Shown in pieces: positions 20,461 to 29,952 of a DNA stretch of 64,000 nucleotides. The stretch comes from Acidimicrobiia bacterium (GTDB taxonomy: Bacteria; Actinomycetota; Acidimicrobiia; Spongiisociales; ZC4RG35): positions 128,001-192,000 of the forward strand of contig CBDBCY010000004.1 in NCBI GenBank assembly GCA_965203555.1, given 5' to 3'. Made by a program: the position numbers and the translations under genes. Every line of letters begins with the position of its first letter. Position 1 is the first letter of the stretch. The notes beneath the pieces were generated by a model that worked only from the letters and a program-made list of their open reading frames with translations, ran no database searches and was not told the DNA's origin.

Positions 20461-21348
20461 GTGAGATCGGGCTTCGTCTCGGTGGTGGGGCGGCCCAATG
20501 TCGGCAAGTCCACCCTGGTGAATTCCTTGGCAGGGCAGAAGGTTGCTATCACCTCTCATCGCCCCCAGACCACCCGAAACGCCATCCGGGCGGTGGTGAC
20601 CGATCCCCACAACCAACCTCCCGACTGGCAGATGGTGCTGGTCGACACGCCCGGATTGCATAAGCCCCGTAATGAGCTGGGTGAGCGGCTGAACCGGCTG
20701 GTGTACGGCGCCCTGGCTGATGCGGATGTGGTGGCCTTCCTGGTGGATGCCCGCCAACCGGTCGGGCCGGGGGATCGAAGGATCGCTCAACGCTTGGCCC
20801 AGGACCGGTCGAAGGTGGTGGTGCTGGTAAACAAGACGGACCGGTTCTCCAAGGAGAAAATCGCGGTCCGGCTCATGGAGGTGGCCCGGTGGGACTTCGC
20901 CGCTTATGTGCCGATCAGCGCCTTGCGCGGTGACAATCTCCCGGCGGTGGTGGCGGAGATCTGCGGCCGGCTGCCCGAAGGGCCGATGTACTTTCCCCCC
21001 GGCGCCGTCACCGATCAACCCGATTCATTTTTCGCCTCCGAGGTGATCAGGGAGAAGTTCCTGGCTGGATTGCACCAGGAACTCCCTCATTCGCTCTTGG
21101 TGGCGGTGGAGGATTTCCATGTCCGTGGGGATGGGCTGGTCACCGTCAGCGCCAAGCTGGTGGTGGAGAGTCCCTCCCAGAAGGGAATAGTCATTGGAAG
21201 GGGAGGCGCTCGTCTACGTGAGCACGGCACTGAGGCGCGACGGGAACTTGAGACGTTTTTCGGCGCCAAAGTGTACCTGGACCTGCGTGTGGTTGTGGAG
21301 AAGAAGTGGCAACGGAGGTCGGTGCTTTTGGATCGATTCGGGTTCTGA
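20461..21348 (+). CDS. era: GTPase Era
   Basis: SGFVSVVGRPNVGKSTL, PQTTR, DTPG, NKTD, KH domain (QKGIVIGRGG). Confidence 0.96.
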   Translation: MRSGFVSVVGRPNVGKSTLVNSLAGQKVAITSHRPQTTRNAIRAVVTDPHNQPPDWQMVLVDTPGLHKPRNELGERLNRLVYGALADADVVAFLVDARQPVGPGDRRIAQRLAQDRSKVVVLVNKTDRFSKEKIAVRLMEVARWDFAAYVPISALRGDNLPAVVAEICGRLPEGPMYFPPGAVTDQPDSFFASEVIREKFLAGLHQELPHSLLVAVEDFHVRGDGLVTVSAKLVVESPSQKGIVIGRGGARLREHGTEARRELETFFGAKVYLDLRVVVEKKWQRRSVLLDRFGF

Positions 21349-21614
21349 ACTGCTCGTTCGGGCAGATACGAACCCCCGCTGGCGGCGAGTGTTCGTGCCG
21401 CGGAGGGTTCTGTGCCTCTGTTATCTCGGGGTGAAAGCAGGGAAGTATGTCGAGATTTGGGGAGGGGCTACCTGTGGTTTAGTGCAAGGCGTGGGCCGAT
21501 GACCCCAATGGTGGGGGTCCTCCACAATTCGGGTGCGTGAGATCGGAGGCCAGGAGCGAGTATGTGCAGGGAGAGCAAGGCATCCGGACACCGATGGGTT
21601 CCCCCTCTTTCCGG

Positions 21615-21848
21615 CTATCGCTTATCGAGATACTCCAAGACCTGTCGGAAACCCCGGTCGAGTTTCTCGTCCGTGGCCTGACGATTCACGTCTATTTTGA
21701 CGTTGAGCAGGTGAATGTCGTGTTTCACCTCGGCGAAATCGTGTTTCACTTCGGCGATATCCTGTTTCACCTCCGCGATGTCGCGTTTCACCTCGGAGAT
21801 GTCGTTCCCGATGCGTCTCTGCAGGCTGTTGAGGGCATCGGCGGTCAT
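21615..21848 (-). CDS. Small heptad-repeat coiled-coil protein (copy 1; 1-nt deletion after the first ATG)
   Basis: DISEVKR-DIAEVKQ-DIAEVKH-DFAEVKH; the upstream ATG (~21872) is out of frame relative to copy 2. Confidence 0.6.
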   Translation of the reverse strand: MTADALNSLQRRIGNDISEVKRDIAEVKQDIAEVKHDFAEVKHDIHLLNVKIDVNRQATDEKLDRGFRQVLEYLDKR

Positions 21849-22090
21849 CGAAGCGACGTCCTTGGCGTCATGCTTCCCGAGTATATCCGGGATCGGCTGT
21901 CAATGCCACAGACGCGTCCGCTGCTTGCCTGTGATCTCATCCGGTCCGTCCACCGCGTTCCAGGATCATCTTCTCTTTGTTCAGCGTCCTTGCTCTGGTA
22001 GCGGCCCTCTGTCGGGAGATCGGGAGAGTCGTTTCAATGTAGCAGGGATAGCATGGCAGTCGGACACCGATGGGTTCCCCCTCTTTCCGG

Positions 22091-22327
22091 CTATCGCTTA
22101 TCGAGATACTCCAAGACCTGTTGGAAACCCCGGTCGAGTTTCTCGTCCGTGGCCTGACGATTCACGTCTATTTTGACGTTGACCAGGTGAATGTCGTGTT
22201 TCACTTCGGCGATGTCCTGTTTCACCTCCGCGATGTCGCGTTTCACCTCGGAGATGTCGTTCCCGATGCGTCTCTCCAGGCTGTTGAGGGCATCGGCAGT
22301 CATCGAAGCGATGTCCTTGGCGTCCAT
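22091..22327 (-). CDS. Small heptad-repeat coiled-coil protein (copy 2)
   Basis: 78 aa, three DIxEVKx heptads; TATACT 8 nt upstream of ATG. Confidence 0.7.
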   Translation of the reverse strand: MDAKDIASMTADALNSLERRIGNDISEVKRDIAEVKQDIAEVKHDIHLVNVKIDVNRQATDEKLDRGFQQVLEYLDKR

Positions 22328-22555
22328 GCTTCCCGAGTATATCCGGGATCAGCTATCAAGGCCACAGACGCGTCCGCTGCTTGCCTGTGATCTCATCCGG
22401 TCCGTCCACCGCGTTCCAGGATCATCCTCTCTTTGTTCAGCGTCCTTCTTTTGGCAACGGCTCTCAATAACACAGAAACCAATGGCGCAGACCAAGGCCG
22501 TTCGTTTACTGAAGTAGAGCATTTTGCTGTTGTCTGATATCCTTATTGGTGCATT

Positions 22556-25500
22556 ATGAAAAAAATAATGGCAGCCAACCGGGGGGAGATAGCCGTCCGG
22601 ATCATGAGGGCCGCGACGGAACTCGGTTTGCGAACTGCAACCATCTACTCGAACGAGGATCGCTACAGTCTGCACCGTTTCAAGGCGGACGAAGCTTACG
22701 AGATCGGAAGCGACAAGGGGCCGGTGGCGGCCTACCTTGACATCGACGGGATTATCACTCTGGCCAGGGAGAGAGGGGTGGACGCCATCCATCCCGGTTA
22801 CGGGTTCCTGTCCGAGAATGCCAGGTTCTCGCGAGCATGTGCGGAGGCCGGCATCACATTCATCGGCCCGCCACCCGAGTTGCTTGAAGCGCTCGGCGAC
22901 AAGACCGCGGCGCGGCGACTGGCTGCGCAGGCCGGGGTACCCACCGTCCCCGGCACCGGTCTGGCGCCCGATGATCCCCGGGAGATTGTCCTCAGTGCGG
23001 AATCGGTGGGCTTTCCGCTGATAGTCAAGGCGTCGTTCGGCGGCGGCGGTCGGGGTATGCGAGTGGTCAACAGTCCCGATGAACTGCTGGGCAGGCTGGA
23101 GGAGGCGCGGGGGGAGGCTCAGCGTACTTTCGGGGACGGCTCTGTCTTCCTGGAGCGTTACATCGCCCGGGCCCGCCACATCGAAGTGCAGATTCTGGCC
23201 GACTCGCACGGCTCGGTGGTCCACCTTTGGGAGCGTGATTGCTCGGTACAGCGGCGCCATCAGAAAGTTGTGGAACTGGCGCCGGCGCCGAATCTGGCGG
23301 ATCAACTCCGCGACGAGATTTGTGCGGCGGCCATCCGGGTTGCCCGGACAACCGGTTACGTCAATGCCGGCACCGTCGAGTTCCTGGTGGATGCTGATAC
23401 GGGTGAGTGGTTCTTCATGGAGGTCAACCCGCGAATCCAGGTGGAGCACACCGTTACCGAGTTGGTGACCGGTGTCGACCTGGTCCGGTCGCAGATTCTG
23501 GTGGCGCAGGGATGCCGGCTCCACGAGGCGCCCCTTTCCATCCCTGCGCAGAGCGAAATCCCTCGTCGGGGAACCGCCATACAGTGCCGCATAACGACCG
23601 AGGATCCCAAGAACGAGTTCTCCCCTGACTACGGGCGCCTGCAAACTTACCGCAGCCCGGGAGGTTTGGGGATCCGACTCGATGGAAATGCCTATACCGG
23701 GGCGGTGCTCAGCCCGTTTTACGATTCGCTCCTGGTCAAACTCACCGCGTCGGATACCAACCTGCCCGACGCCTGCACCCGGGCCGACCGAGCCTTGCAG
23801 GAGTTCCGGGTCCGGGGTGTCGAAACCAACATTCAGTTTCTGCGCAATGTCATCAACCATCCCGATTTTCGCAACGGCGTGGTAACCACCCACTTCCTGG
23901 AGGAGACGCCCGAACTCTTCGAAATACGACCGCCTCGTGATCGCGCCAACCGGCTGCTGAGCTATATCGGCGACACCATCCTCAACGGGAATCCCACCGT
24001 GGTGGGCAAGGACCATCCGACGAATCTGAATGCCCCTCCCATAGTGCCGGTGGACATGAGTGCCGAGCCTCCGCCCGGTACCCGGGATCTGCTGCTGGAG
24101 ATGGGACCGGACAAGTTCGCCGAGTGGGTCTGGGATCAAAAGCGCCTTCTGGTGACCGACACCACTTTCCGTGACGCACATCAGTCGCTTCTGGCAACTC
24201 GGGTGCGCACCTACGATTTGTTGGGTACGGCCGGGGCAGTGGCGCGGCGTCTGTCGAACCTGTTCAGTGTCGAGATGTGGGGCGGCGCGACCTTCGACGC
24301 AGCGTTGCGTTTCCTGTACGAGGACCCGTGGGAGCGTTTGCGTCTGATGCGCGAGGCGATTCCCAACATCTGTTTCCAGATGCTGCTGCGAGCTTCCAAT
24401 GCGGTGGGCTACACCAGCTATCCGGACAATGTCGTGCGTGAATTCACCATTGAGGCCGCCCGGCAGGGGATCGATGTTTTCCGGGTTTTCGACTCCCTGA
24501 ACGACGTGCGCAACATGGAGGTGGCGATCGAGGCGGTGCGCAGCACTCATGCCGTTTGCGAGGCCGCCATCTGCTATACGGGCGATCTCCTCGATCCGGA
24601 TCGCCCCAAATACAGTCTCAACTATTACGTGAACCTTGCCCGCCGTCTACAGGAGATGGGGGCGCACTTACTGTGCATCAAGGACATGGCGGGGCTGTGC
24701 CGTCCTTATGCCGCCGACCAGTTGGTGAGGGTCCTGCGGGAGGAGGTGGGCATTCCGATCCACTTCCATACCCACGACGCCAGTGGTATCCAGGCGGCGA
24801 CTCTCATAAAGGGGGGCGAGGCCGGGATAGACATCATAGACGCGGCCGTGGCGGCGGTGTCGGGTTCCACCAGCCAACCCAACCTGAATACGATGGTCGG
24901 TTCGCTGGAAGGTACCGAACGCGACACCGAACTCGACTCGGATGCCTTGGGCGATTGCTCCCTTTTCTGGGAGACGGTGCGTACCTACTACCAACCCTTC
25001 GACAACTCTCCCAAGTCCGGCAGTGCCCGGCTGTACGACCATGAGATCCCCGGCGGGCAGTTCACCAATTTGCAACAGCAGGCGACCGCGCTGGGCCTGG
25101 GTCAACGCTGGCGAGAGGTAGAAGAGATGTACGCGGATGTCAACCAGATGCTGGGGGACATTGTGAAGGTCACTCCGTCCAGCAAAGTGGTCGGCGATCT
25201 GGCTCTGTTCCTGCTCTCCAAGGGGATGACGTGCGATGAGGTGCGAGGGCTTCCTCCCGACCACAACATCGGATTCCCCGAATCGGTGGTTGACATGATG
25301 CGAGGGTCGCTCGGTGAGCCTCCCGGCGGTTGGCCCGAGGACATTCGAGAGATACTGCTGTGCCGCAACCGGCCTATCGAGGGACGGGCGGGCGCCAAAC
25401 TCCCCAGCGCCGACATCGGTGCGGCCGTAGAGACGGCTACGGAGTTGCTGGGACATCGAGCAGGGTGGGCCGACGGCCTGAGCTACCTGCTCTATCCGGT

Positions 25501-25996
25501 TGAGTTCCAAAAATTCGCCGAGACGCGTCGCAAGTTCGCCGATGTCGGCTTGCTTCCCACTCCTGTCTTCTTCTACGGACTGGAAGAAGGAGAAGAGTGT
25601 GTGTTCGATATCGAGCCGGGGAAGCGCTTGATCGTAAAGTTCCACACCGTAGGTGAACCGCAGCCCGACGGAACCCGCACGATCTTCTTCGATCTCAACG
25701 GAGCCCCCCGTGAGGTCAGGATTCGGGACCGGTCACTGCAATCCGACCGGCCGGCGGCTCGCAAGGCCGACAGCGGGAACCCGCAACACATCGGGGCGCC
25801 CACCCCGGGGGTTGTTACCGGCGTATTCGTAGCCGTCGGGGATGAGGTGACTGCCAACACCAAACTGCTGACGCTGGAAGCGATGAAGATGCAGAGCACC
25901 ATCTACGCACCGGACGCCGGCCGGGTGAAGGAACTGTTGATTCAGGCTGGTAGCCAGGTCGAGGCCAAAGACCTGCTGGCGGTTCTGGAGTCTTGA
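22556..25996 (+). CDS. pyc: Pyruvate carboxylase
   Basis: ANRGEIA biotin carboxylase, DTTFRDAHQS carboxyltransferase and EAMKM biotinyl domains. Confidence 0.97.
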   Translation: MKKIMAANRGEIAVRIMRAATELGLRTATIYSNEDRYSLHRFKADEAYEIGSDKGPVAAYLDIDGIITLARERGVDAIHPGYGFLSENARFSRACAEAGITFIGPPPELLEALGDKTAARRLAAQAGVPTVPGTGLAPDDPREIVLSAESVGFPLIVKASFGGGGRGMRVVNSPDELLGRLEEARGEAQRTFGDGSVFLERYIARARHIEVQILADSHGSVVHLWERDCSVQRRHQKVVELAPAPNLADQLRDEICAAAIRVARTTGYVNAGTVEFLVDADTGEWFFMEVNPRIQVEHTVTELVTGVDLVRSQILVAQGCRLHEAPLSIPAQSEIPRRGTAIQCRITTEDPKNEFSPDYGRLQTYRSPGGLGIRLDGNAYTGAVLSPFYDSLLVKLTASDTNLPDACTRADRALQEFRVRGVETNIQFLRNVINHPDFRNGVVTTHFLEETPELFEIRPPRDRANRLLSYIGDTILNGNPTVVGKDHPTNLNAPPIVPVDMSAEPPPGTRDLLLEMGPDKFAEWVWDQKRLLVTDTTFRDAHQSLLATRVRTYDLLGTAGAVARRLSNLFSVEMWGGATFDAALRFLYEDPWERLRLMREAIPNICFQMLLRASNAVGYTSYPDNVVREFTIEAARQGIDVFRVFDSLNDVRNMEVAIEAVRSTHAVCEAAICYTGDLLDPDRPKYSLNYYVNLARRLQEMGAHLLCIKDMAGLCRPYAADQLVRVLREEVGIPIHFHTHDASGIQAATLIKGGEAGIDIIDAAVAAVSGSTSQPNLNTMVGSLEGTERDTELDSDALGDCSLFWETVRTYYQPFDNSPKSGSARLYDHEIPGGQFTNLQQQATALGLGQRWREVEEMYADVNQMLGDIVKVTPSSKVVGDLALFLLSKGMTCDEVRGLPPDHNIGFPESVVDMMRGSLGEPPGGWPEDIREILLCRNRPIEGRAGAKLPSADIGAAVETATELLGHRAGWADGLSYLLYPVEFQKFAETRRKFADVGLLPTPVFFYGLEEGEECVFDIEPGKRLIVKFHTVGEPQPDGTRTIFFDLNGAPREVRIRDRSLQSDRPAARKADSGNPQHIGAPTPGVVTGVFVAVGDEVTANTKLLTLEAMKMQSTIYAPDAGRVKELLIQAGSQVEAKDLLAVLES

Positions 25997-26006
25997 TTCA
26001 TCTCTT

Positions 26007-26036
26007 CCTCGGATCCCTCTCCCGCGGGATCCAAGG
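26007..26036 (+). terminator. Hairpin after pyc
   Basis: CCTCGGATCCC...GGGATCCAAGG imperfect inverted repeat just after the stop; no U-tract. Confidence 0.35.
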
Positions 26037-26121
26037 ACAAAGCGATCCGGGTTGAGCGCCCGTCGACCCAACGGTGTAGTCTGCTTGATGGCCGAGATTC
26101 AAGATGAGGTTGGGTTAGAAA

Positions 26122-27324
26122 ATGCCGAAGAAAATCACGATGACCGATCAGGGACTGATCACTCCCGATCGACCCATTATTCCGTTCATCGAGGGAGACG
26201 GGATAGGACCGGATGTGTGGAGGGCGGCGCGGCGGGTGATCGACCAAGCGGTCGAGAAGGCTTACGGCGGGGCTCGCCGCATCGAATGGGTGGAGGTGCT
26301 GGCCGGCGAGAAGGCCCACGAACAGACCGGGTCCTGGCTACCGGAGGAGACTATCGAGTCTATTCGCGAGCACATCGTGGCGATCAAGGGCCCTCTCACC
26401 ACCCCGGTGGGGGGAGGGATACGCAGCATCAATGTCGCTATGCGTCAGATTCTTGACCTGTATGCCTGTGTCCGTCCCGTGCGGTGGCTGAAGGGAGTTC
26501 CCTCTCCGGCTCTGCGCCCGGAGTTGGTGAATATGGTGATCTTCCGAGAGAACACCGAAGATGTCTATGCCGGGATGGAAGTGGAAGCCAAGAGTCCCGA
26601 AGCAGCTCGCCTGATCTCCCACATGGAAACCGAGTTCGGTTGGGAGATCCGACCGGACTCGGGCATCGGGATCAAACCGGTGTCGGAGACCGGGACCAAA
26701 CGTCTGGTGAGGGCGGCCCTGAATTTCGCCATAGGCTTCGGTCGCCGATCGGTGACTCTGGTGCACAAGGGAAACATCATGAAGTACACCGAAGGCGCCT
26801 TCCGCGAATGGGGATACGAGCTGGTGCGGGAGGAATTCTCGGATCGGGCAGTCGGTTGGGAGGACAGCGGGGGTGACCCGGGCGACCGGCTGCTGGTTCA
26901 GGACGTGATCGCCGATGCCTTCTTGCAGAAGATTCTCACCCGACCCGCCGAATTCGATGTGATCGCCACCCTGAACCTCAATGGCGACTACATTTCCGAC
27001 GCTCTGGCAGCCCAGGTGGGAGGGATCGGCATGGCGCCGGGGGGAAACGTGAATTTCGAAGACGGGTACGCTCTCTTCGAGGCCACCCACGGGACCGCTC
27101 CCAAGTATGCCGGGCTCGACAAGGTCAACCCGGGGTCACTGATGCTGTCGGGTGAACTGATGCTCTTCTACATGGGTTGGAGGGAGGCGGCCAGAATGAT
27201 CTCGAGGGGGATGGAAAGATCCATCATGGAAAAGATCGTCACCTACGACCTGGCCCGACTCACCGAAGGGGCCAACGAGGTGTCTACATCCGGATTCGCC
27301 ACTGCCGTCATCGAAAGGATGTAG
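26122..27324 (+). CDS. icd: Isocitrate dehydrogenase (dimeric, E. coli type)
   Basis: [47 protein letters not shown]. Confidence 0.96.
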   Translation: MPKKITMTDQGLITPDRPIIPFIEGDGIGPDVWRAARRVIDQAVEKAYGGARRIEWVEVLAGEKAHEQTGSWLPEETIESIREHIVAIKGPLTTPVGGGIRSINVAMRQILDLYACVRPVRWLKGVPSPALRPELVNMVIFRENTEDVYAGMEVEAKSPEAARLISHMETEFGWEIRPDSGIGIKPVSETGTKRLVRAALNFAIGFGRRSVTLVHKGNIMKYTEGAFREWGYELVREEFSDRAVGWEDSGGDPGDRLLVQDVIADAFLQKILTRPAEFDVIATLNLNGDYISDALAAQVGGIGMAPGGNVNFEDGYALFEATHGTAPKYAGLDKVNPGSLMLSGELMLFYMGWREAARMISRGMERSIMEKIVTYDLARLTEGANEVSTSGFATAVIERM

Positions 27325-27446
27325 TCCGTCCGCCAGGCCTGTGCTTTGCGAGGCGAGTTGCTGTGTGAGTGCAGAGCCGACTCTCGGTCTATTTCGCCGA
27401 CTTGTGGAACAGCGTCTGGCACAACTGTACGTTTAATATACGTTTA

Positions 27447-27656
27447 GTGAGATAACTGACGATTACGATCGCCGACGACGTCTACGAAGGTCTCTACCAG
27501 CGGATCGGTCCCAGAAAATTAAGCCGGTTTCTGGAGGGCCTTGCCCGACCTCATGTGGTGGGCGGCGACCTGGTGGTCGCATACCGGGAGATGGCAATTG
27601 ACGAGACCCGGGAGCGTGAAGCCTTGGAATGGTCGGAGGGACTGATCGGCGAGTAG
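27447..27656 (+). pseudogene. Antitoxin of PemK/MazF module with an in-frame stop at codon 3
   Basis: GTG AGA TAA CTG ACG ATT..., i.e. MR*LTITIADDVYEGL...AYREMAIDETREREALEWSEGLIGE; ends 3 nt before the toxin; not in the ORF track. Confidence 0.72.
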
Positions 27657-27659
27657 CCG

Positions 27660-27980
27660 ATGCTCCGCGGTGATGTCTGGTGGCTAGCCTTCGACTCTGC
27701 CGTCGGGGGTGCGATCCGCAAGACGAGCCCGGCCGTCGTGGTCAGCAATGACGCCGCCAATCGGGTACTAAACCGGGTTCAGGTCGTGGCCCTGACGTCG
27801 AATGTAGGGAGACTCTATCCCAGGGAGGCATATGTCGAGGTCTCGGGCAAGCAACACAAGGTCATGGCAGATCAGATCGCGACCGCGGCGAAAGGTCGAC
27901 TGCGTCGCAGGATCGGCCGGATCTCGGATGCCGACCTGTCCGGGATGGAACGAGCTATCCGGATACAACTCGGCCTGTAA
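27660..27980 (+). CDS. PemK/MazF family toxin (probably attenuated)
   Basis: [30 protein letters not shown] family pattern. Confidence 0.9.
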   Translation: MLRGDVWWLAFDSAVGGAIRKTSPAVVVSNDAANRVLNRVQVVALTSNVGRLYPREAYVEVSGKQHKVMADQIATAAKGRLRRRIGRISDADLSGMERAIRIQLGL

Positions 27981-28142
27981 AACTCGAGGGTGGCCGCCGT
28001 GCACCGTCACATTTCCAAGGAGAGGTAGTCATCTGCGTTGCCCGCGGTCATGCGCTATCGATGACATCCGCCGGGTCGGTGCGGCCGGATTTCGCAAGCC
28101 GAGACCGAGTATTCTTGCACTACAAATCCAGAACTATTCGAC

Positions 28143-29113
28143 ATGACCGTATCGACCCTTGAAATCACTCGTAAGCCTTCGGTTTTTCCTCCCGAAGAGC
28201 GGGCGGCCCTGCAGCCTCTGATCCAAGAGATCGAGCATTTGAAGAGAGACCGGAATGCTCTCATCACCGCTCACAACTACATGACGCCCGACATCTACTA
28301 CGGCGTGGCCGACCTGGTGGGCGATTCCCTGGCGCTGGCGCAAATGGCGGCCCGAAGCGACGCCGAGGTGATCCTGATGGCCGGTGTCCATTTCATGGCG
28401 GAGACATCCAAGATCATCAATCCCGACGCCACCGTGCTGATTCCCGATCTGCGCGCCGGGTGTTCTCTGGCCGAAGGGATATCCGCTGAGGATGTGCGCC
28501 GTCTCAAGCGACTTCACCCGGGGGCGCCGGTGGTCAGTTATGTGAACACCACCGCCGAAGTGAAGGCCGAATCCGACATCTGCTGCACTTCGGGGAACGC
28601 GGCGGCGGTGGTGGAGTCACTGGGAGCGGAACGGGTGATCTTTTTGCCCGACGGCTTTCTGGGCCGCTACGTGGCCGCCCACACCGACGTGGAGATCATC
28701 ATGTGGGAAGGAAGATGCATCGTCCACGAGAGATTCGACGGGGAGGAATTGGAGGAACTTCGCGACATGCTCCCCGAGATCCCGGTGATTGCCCATCCCG
28801 AGTGTTCTCCTGACGTACTGGAGCAGGCTGACTATGTGGGATCGACCCACGGGATAGTCAACTGGGTGCGCGAGTTGCGACCCCCGCAGGTGATGATGCT
28901 CACCGAGTGTTCGATGGCCGACAACGTCGCCTACGAGTTGGACGATGTGGAGATAATGCGTCCCTGTAACCTGTGTCCCCACATGAAGAAGATCACCTTG
29001 GAGAACATCAGGAACTCGCTTCGAACCATGACCCATGAGGTGGTCTTGGAACCTGACATAGCGGCCCGGCCCGGTTGGCGGTGGAGCGGATGCTCCAGGT
29101 GGGCCGCAGCTGA
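28143..29113 (+). CDS. nadA: Quinolinate synthase NadA with a 1-nt deletion near 29069
   Basis: AHNY, GDSL, GVHFMAET, AGCSLA, YVNT, CIVH, AHPEC, CPHMK; the expected C-terminus LAVERMLQVGRS* lies in the shifted frame ending at TGA 29113. Confidence 0.92.
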
Positions 29114-29952
29114 TCCGTTCGGGAGACCTTCATCACCTCCTGGAACAGGCCTTTTACGAAGATCTGGGAACCGGGGGCGATCTCACCTCCGTTGCTCTTA
29201 TCGATGCGGGATGGGAGGCGCTGGGGTGGGTGGTGTTCAAATCCGAGGGGAGGGTCGCCGGGCTGGGGGCGGCGGAGGCGGCTTTCCGGTTTGTGGATGG
29301 CCGGGTGGTGTTCGAAGCGAAGACTCACGACGGGGCGGACCTGTCGCCGGGATCGGTGGCGGCCGAGGTGAGGGGCCCGGCCAGGGGCATCCTGGCAACT
29401 GAAAGAGTGGCCCTCAACTTGCTGGGTCATCTGTCGGGTGTCGCCACCGCCACTAGAGAACTGGTGGCATCCGTATCCGGGACCGGGGTTGAGATCACCG
29501 ACACCCGCAAGACCACCCCCGGTTTGCGAATGTTGGAGAAGGAGGCGGTCCGGATCGGGGGAGGGGTGAACCATCGGATGGGTTTGTGGGATGCGGTGCT
29601 GATCAAGGACAACCATCTCTGCATGGTGGAGAGCGCTGCCGGGGCAGTGCGAACCGCCCGCCGCAAGACCGGGGGAAAGGTGAAGGTAATCGTCGAGGTA
29701 GCGGACCCCGACAATCTCGAGGAGGTGGTGGCGGCCCGCCCCGATGTGATCCTGTTGGACAATATGACCACCGTTCAGATGACGGAGGCGGTTCGCCTGG
29801 TTGGAGGCCGGGTGATCCTGGAGGCCAGCGGGGGCGTATCGCTCTCCAATGTCAGGAGCGTGGCGGAGACGGGGGTGGACATCATTTCCACCGGTTGGAT
29901 CACCCATTCAGCGCCGGTGGTGGACGTTAGCCTGCGGTTGGCGCGTGTTTGA
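29110..29952 (+). CDS. nadC: Nicotinate-nucleotide pyrophosphorylase NadC
   Basis: EDLGTGGDLTS, ERVALN, DTRKTTPG, HRMGL, LIKDNH, LLDNM, EASGG; the conserved N-terminus lies upstream of the track ORF (29230), so the probable start is CTG 29110. Confidence 0.92.
   Translation: MIRSGDLHHLLEQAFYEDLGTGGDLTSVALIDAGWEALGWVVFKSEGRVAGLGAAEAAFRFVDGRVVFEAKTHDGADLSPGSVAAEVRGPARGILATERVALNLLGHLSGVATATRELVASVSGTGVEITDTRKTTPGLRMLEKEAVRIGGGVNHRMGLWDAVLIKDNHLCMVESAAGAVRTARRKTGGKVKVIVEVADPDNLEEVVAARPDVILLDNMTTVQMTEAVRLVGGRVILEASGGVSLSNVRSVAETGVDIISTGWITHSAPVVDVSLRLARV

Larger units (their letters stand above)
21562..22465. repeat. Direct tandem duplication of a ~430-450 bp unit (copy 1 ~21562-22009; copy 2 ~22037-22465) with an internal 21-bp repeat
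   Basis: Near-identical sequence from CGGACACCGATGGGTTCCCC to CTTTGTTCAGCGTCCTT in both copies; copy 1 has one extra 21-nt unit. Confidence 0.95.

Noticed and set aside
21700-21810. 21-bp repeats (GTTTCAC...) resembling a CRISPR array
   Set aside because: The units are contiguous with no unique spacers, encode heptads in frame, and no cas genes are nearby.
21881-21904. TTGACA...TATACT on the minus strand upstream of the copy-1 mini-gene
   Set aside because: The spacer is only 12 nt and TTGACA is not conserved in copy 2 (TTGATA), so it is not called as a sigma-A promoter.
21537-22517. Plus-strand ORFs over the tandem duplication
   Set aside because: Antisense shadows of the heptad ORFs; their starts and ends are not conserved between the copies.
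29114-29402. Gly-rich C-terminal extension of NadA in the ORF track
   Set aside because: Read-through caused by the 1-nt deletion; it overlaps the real nadC.
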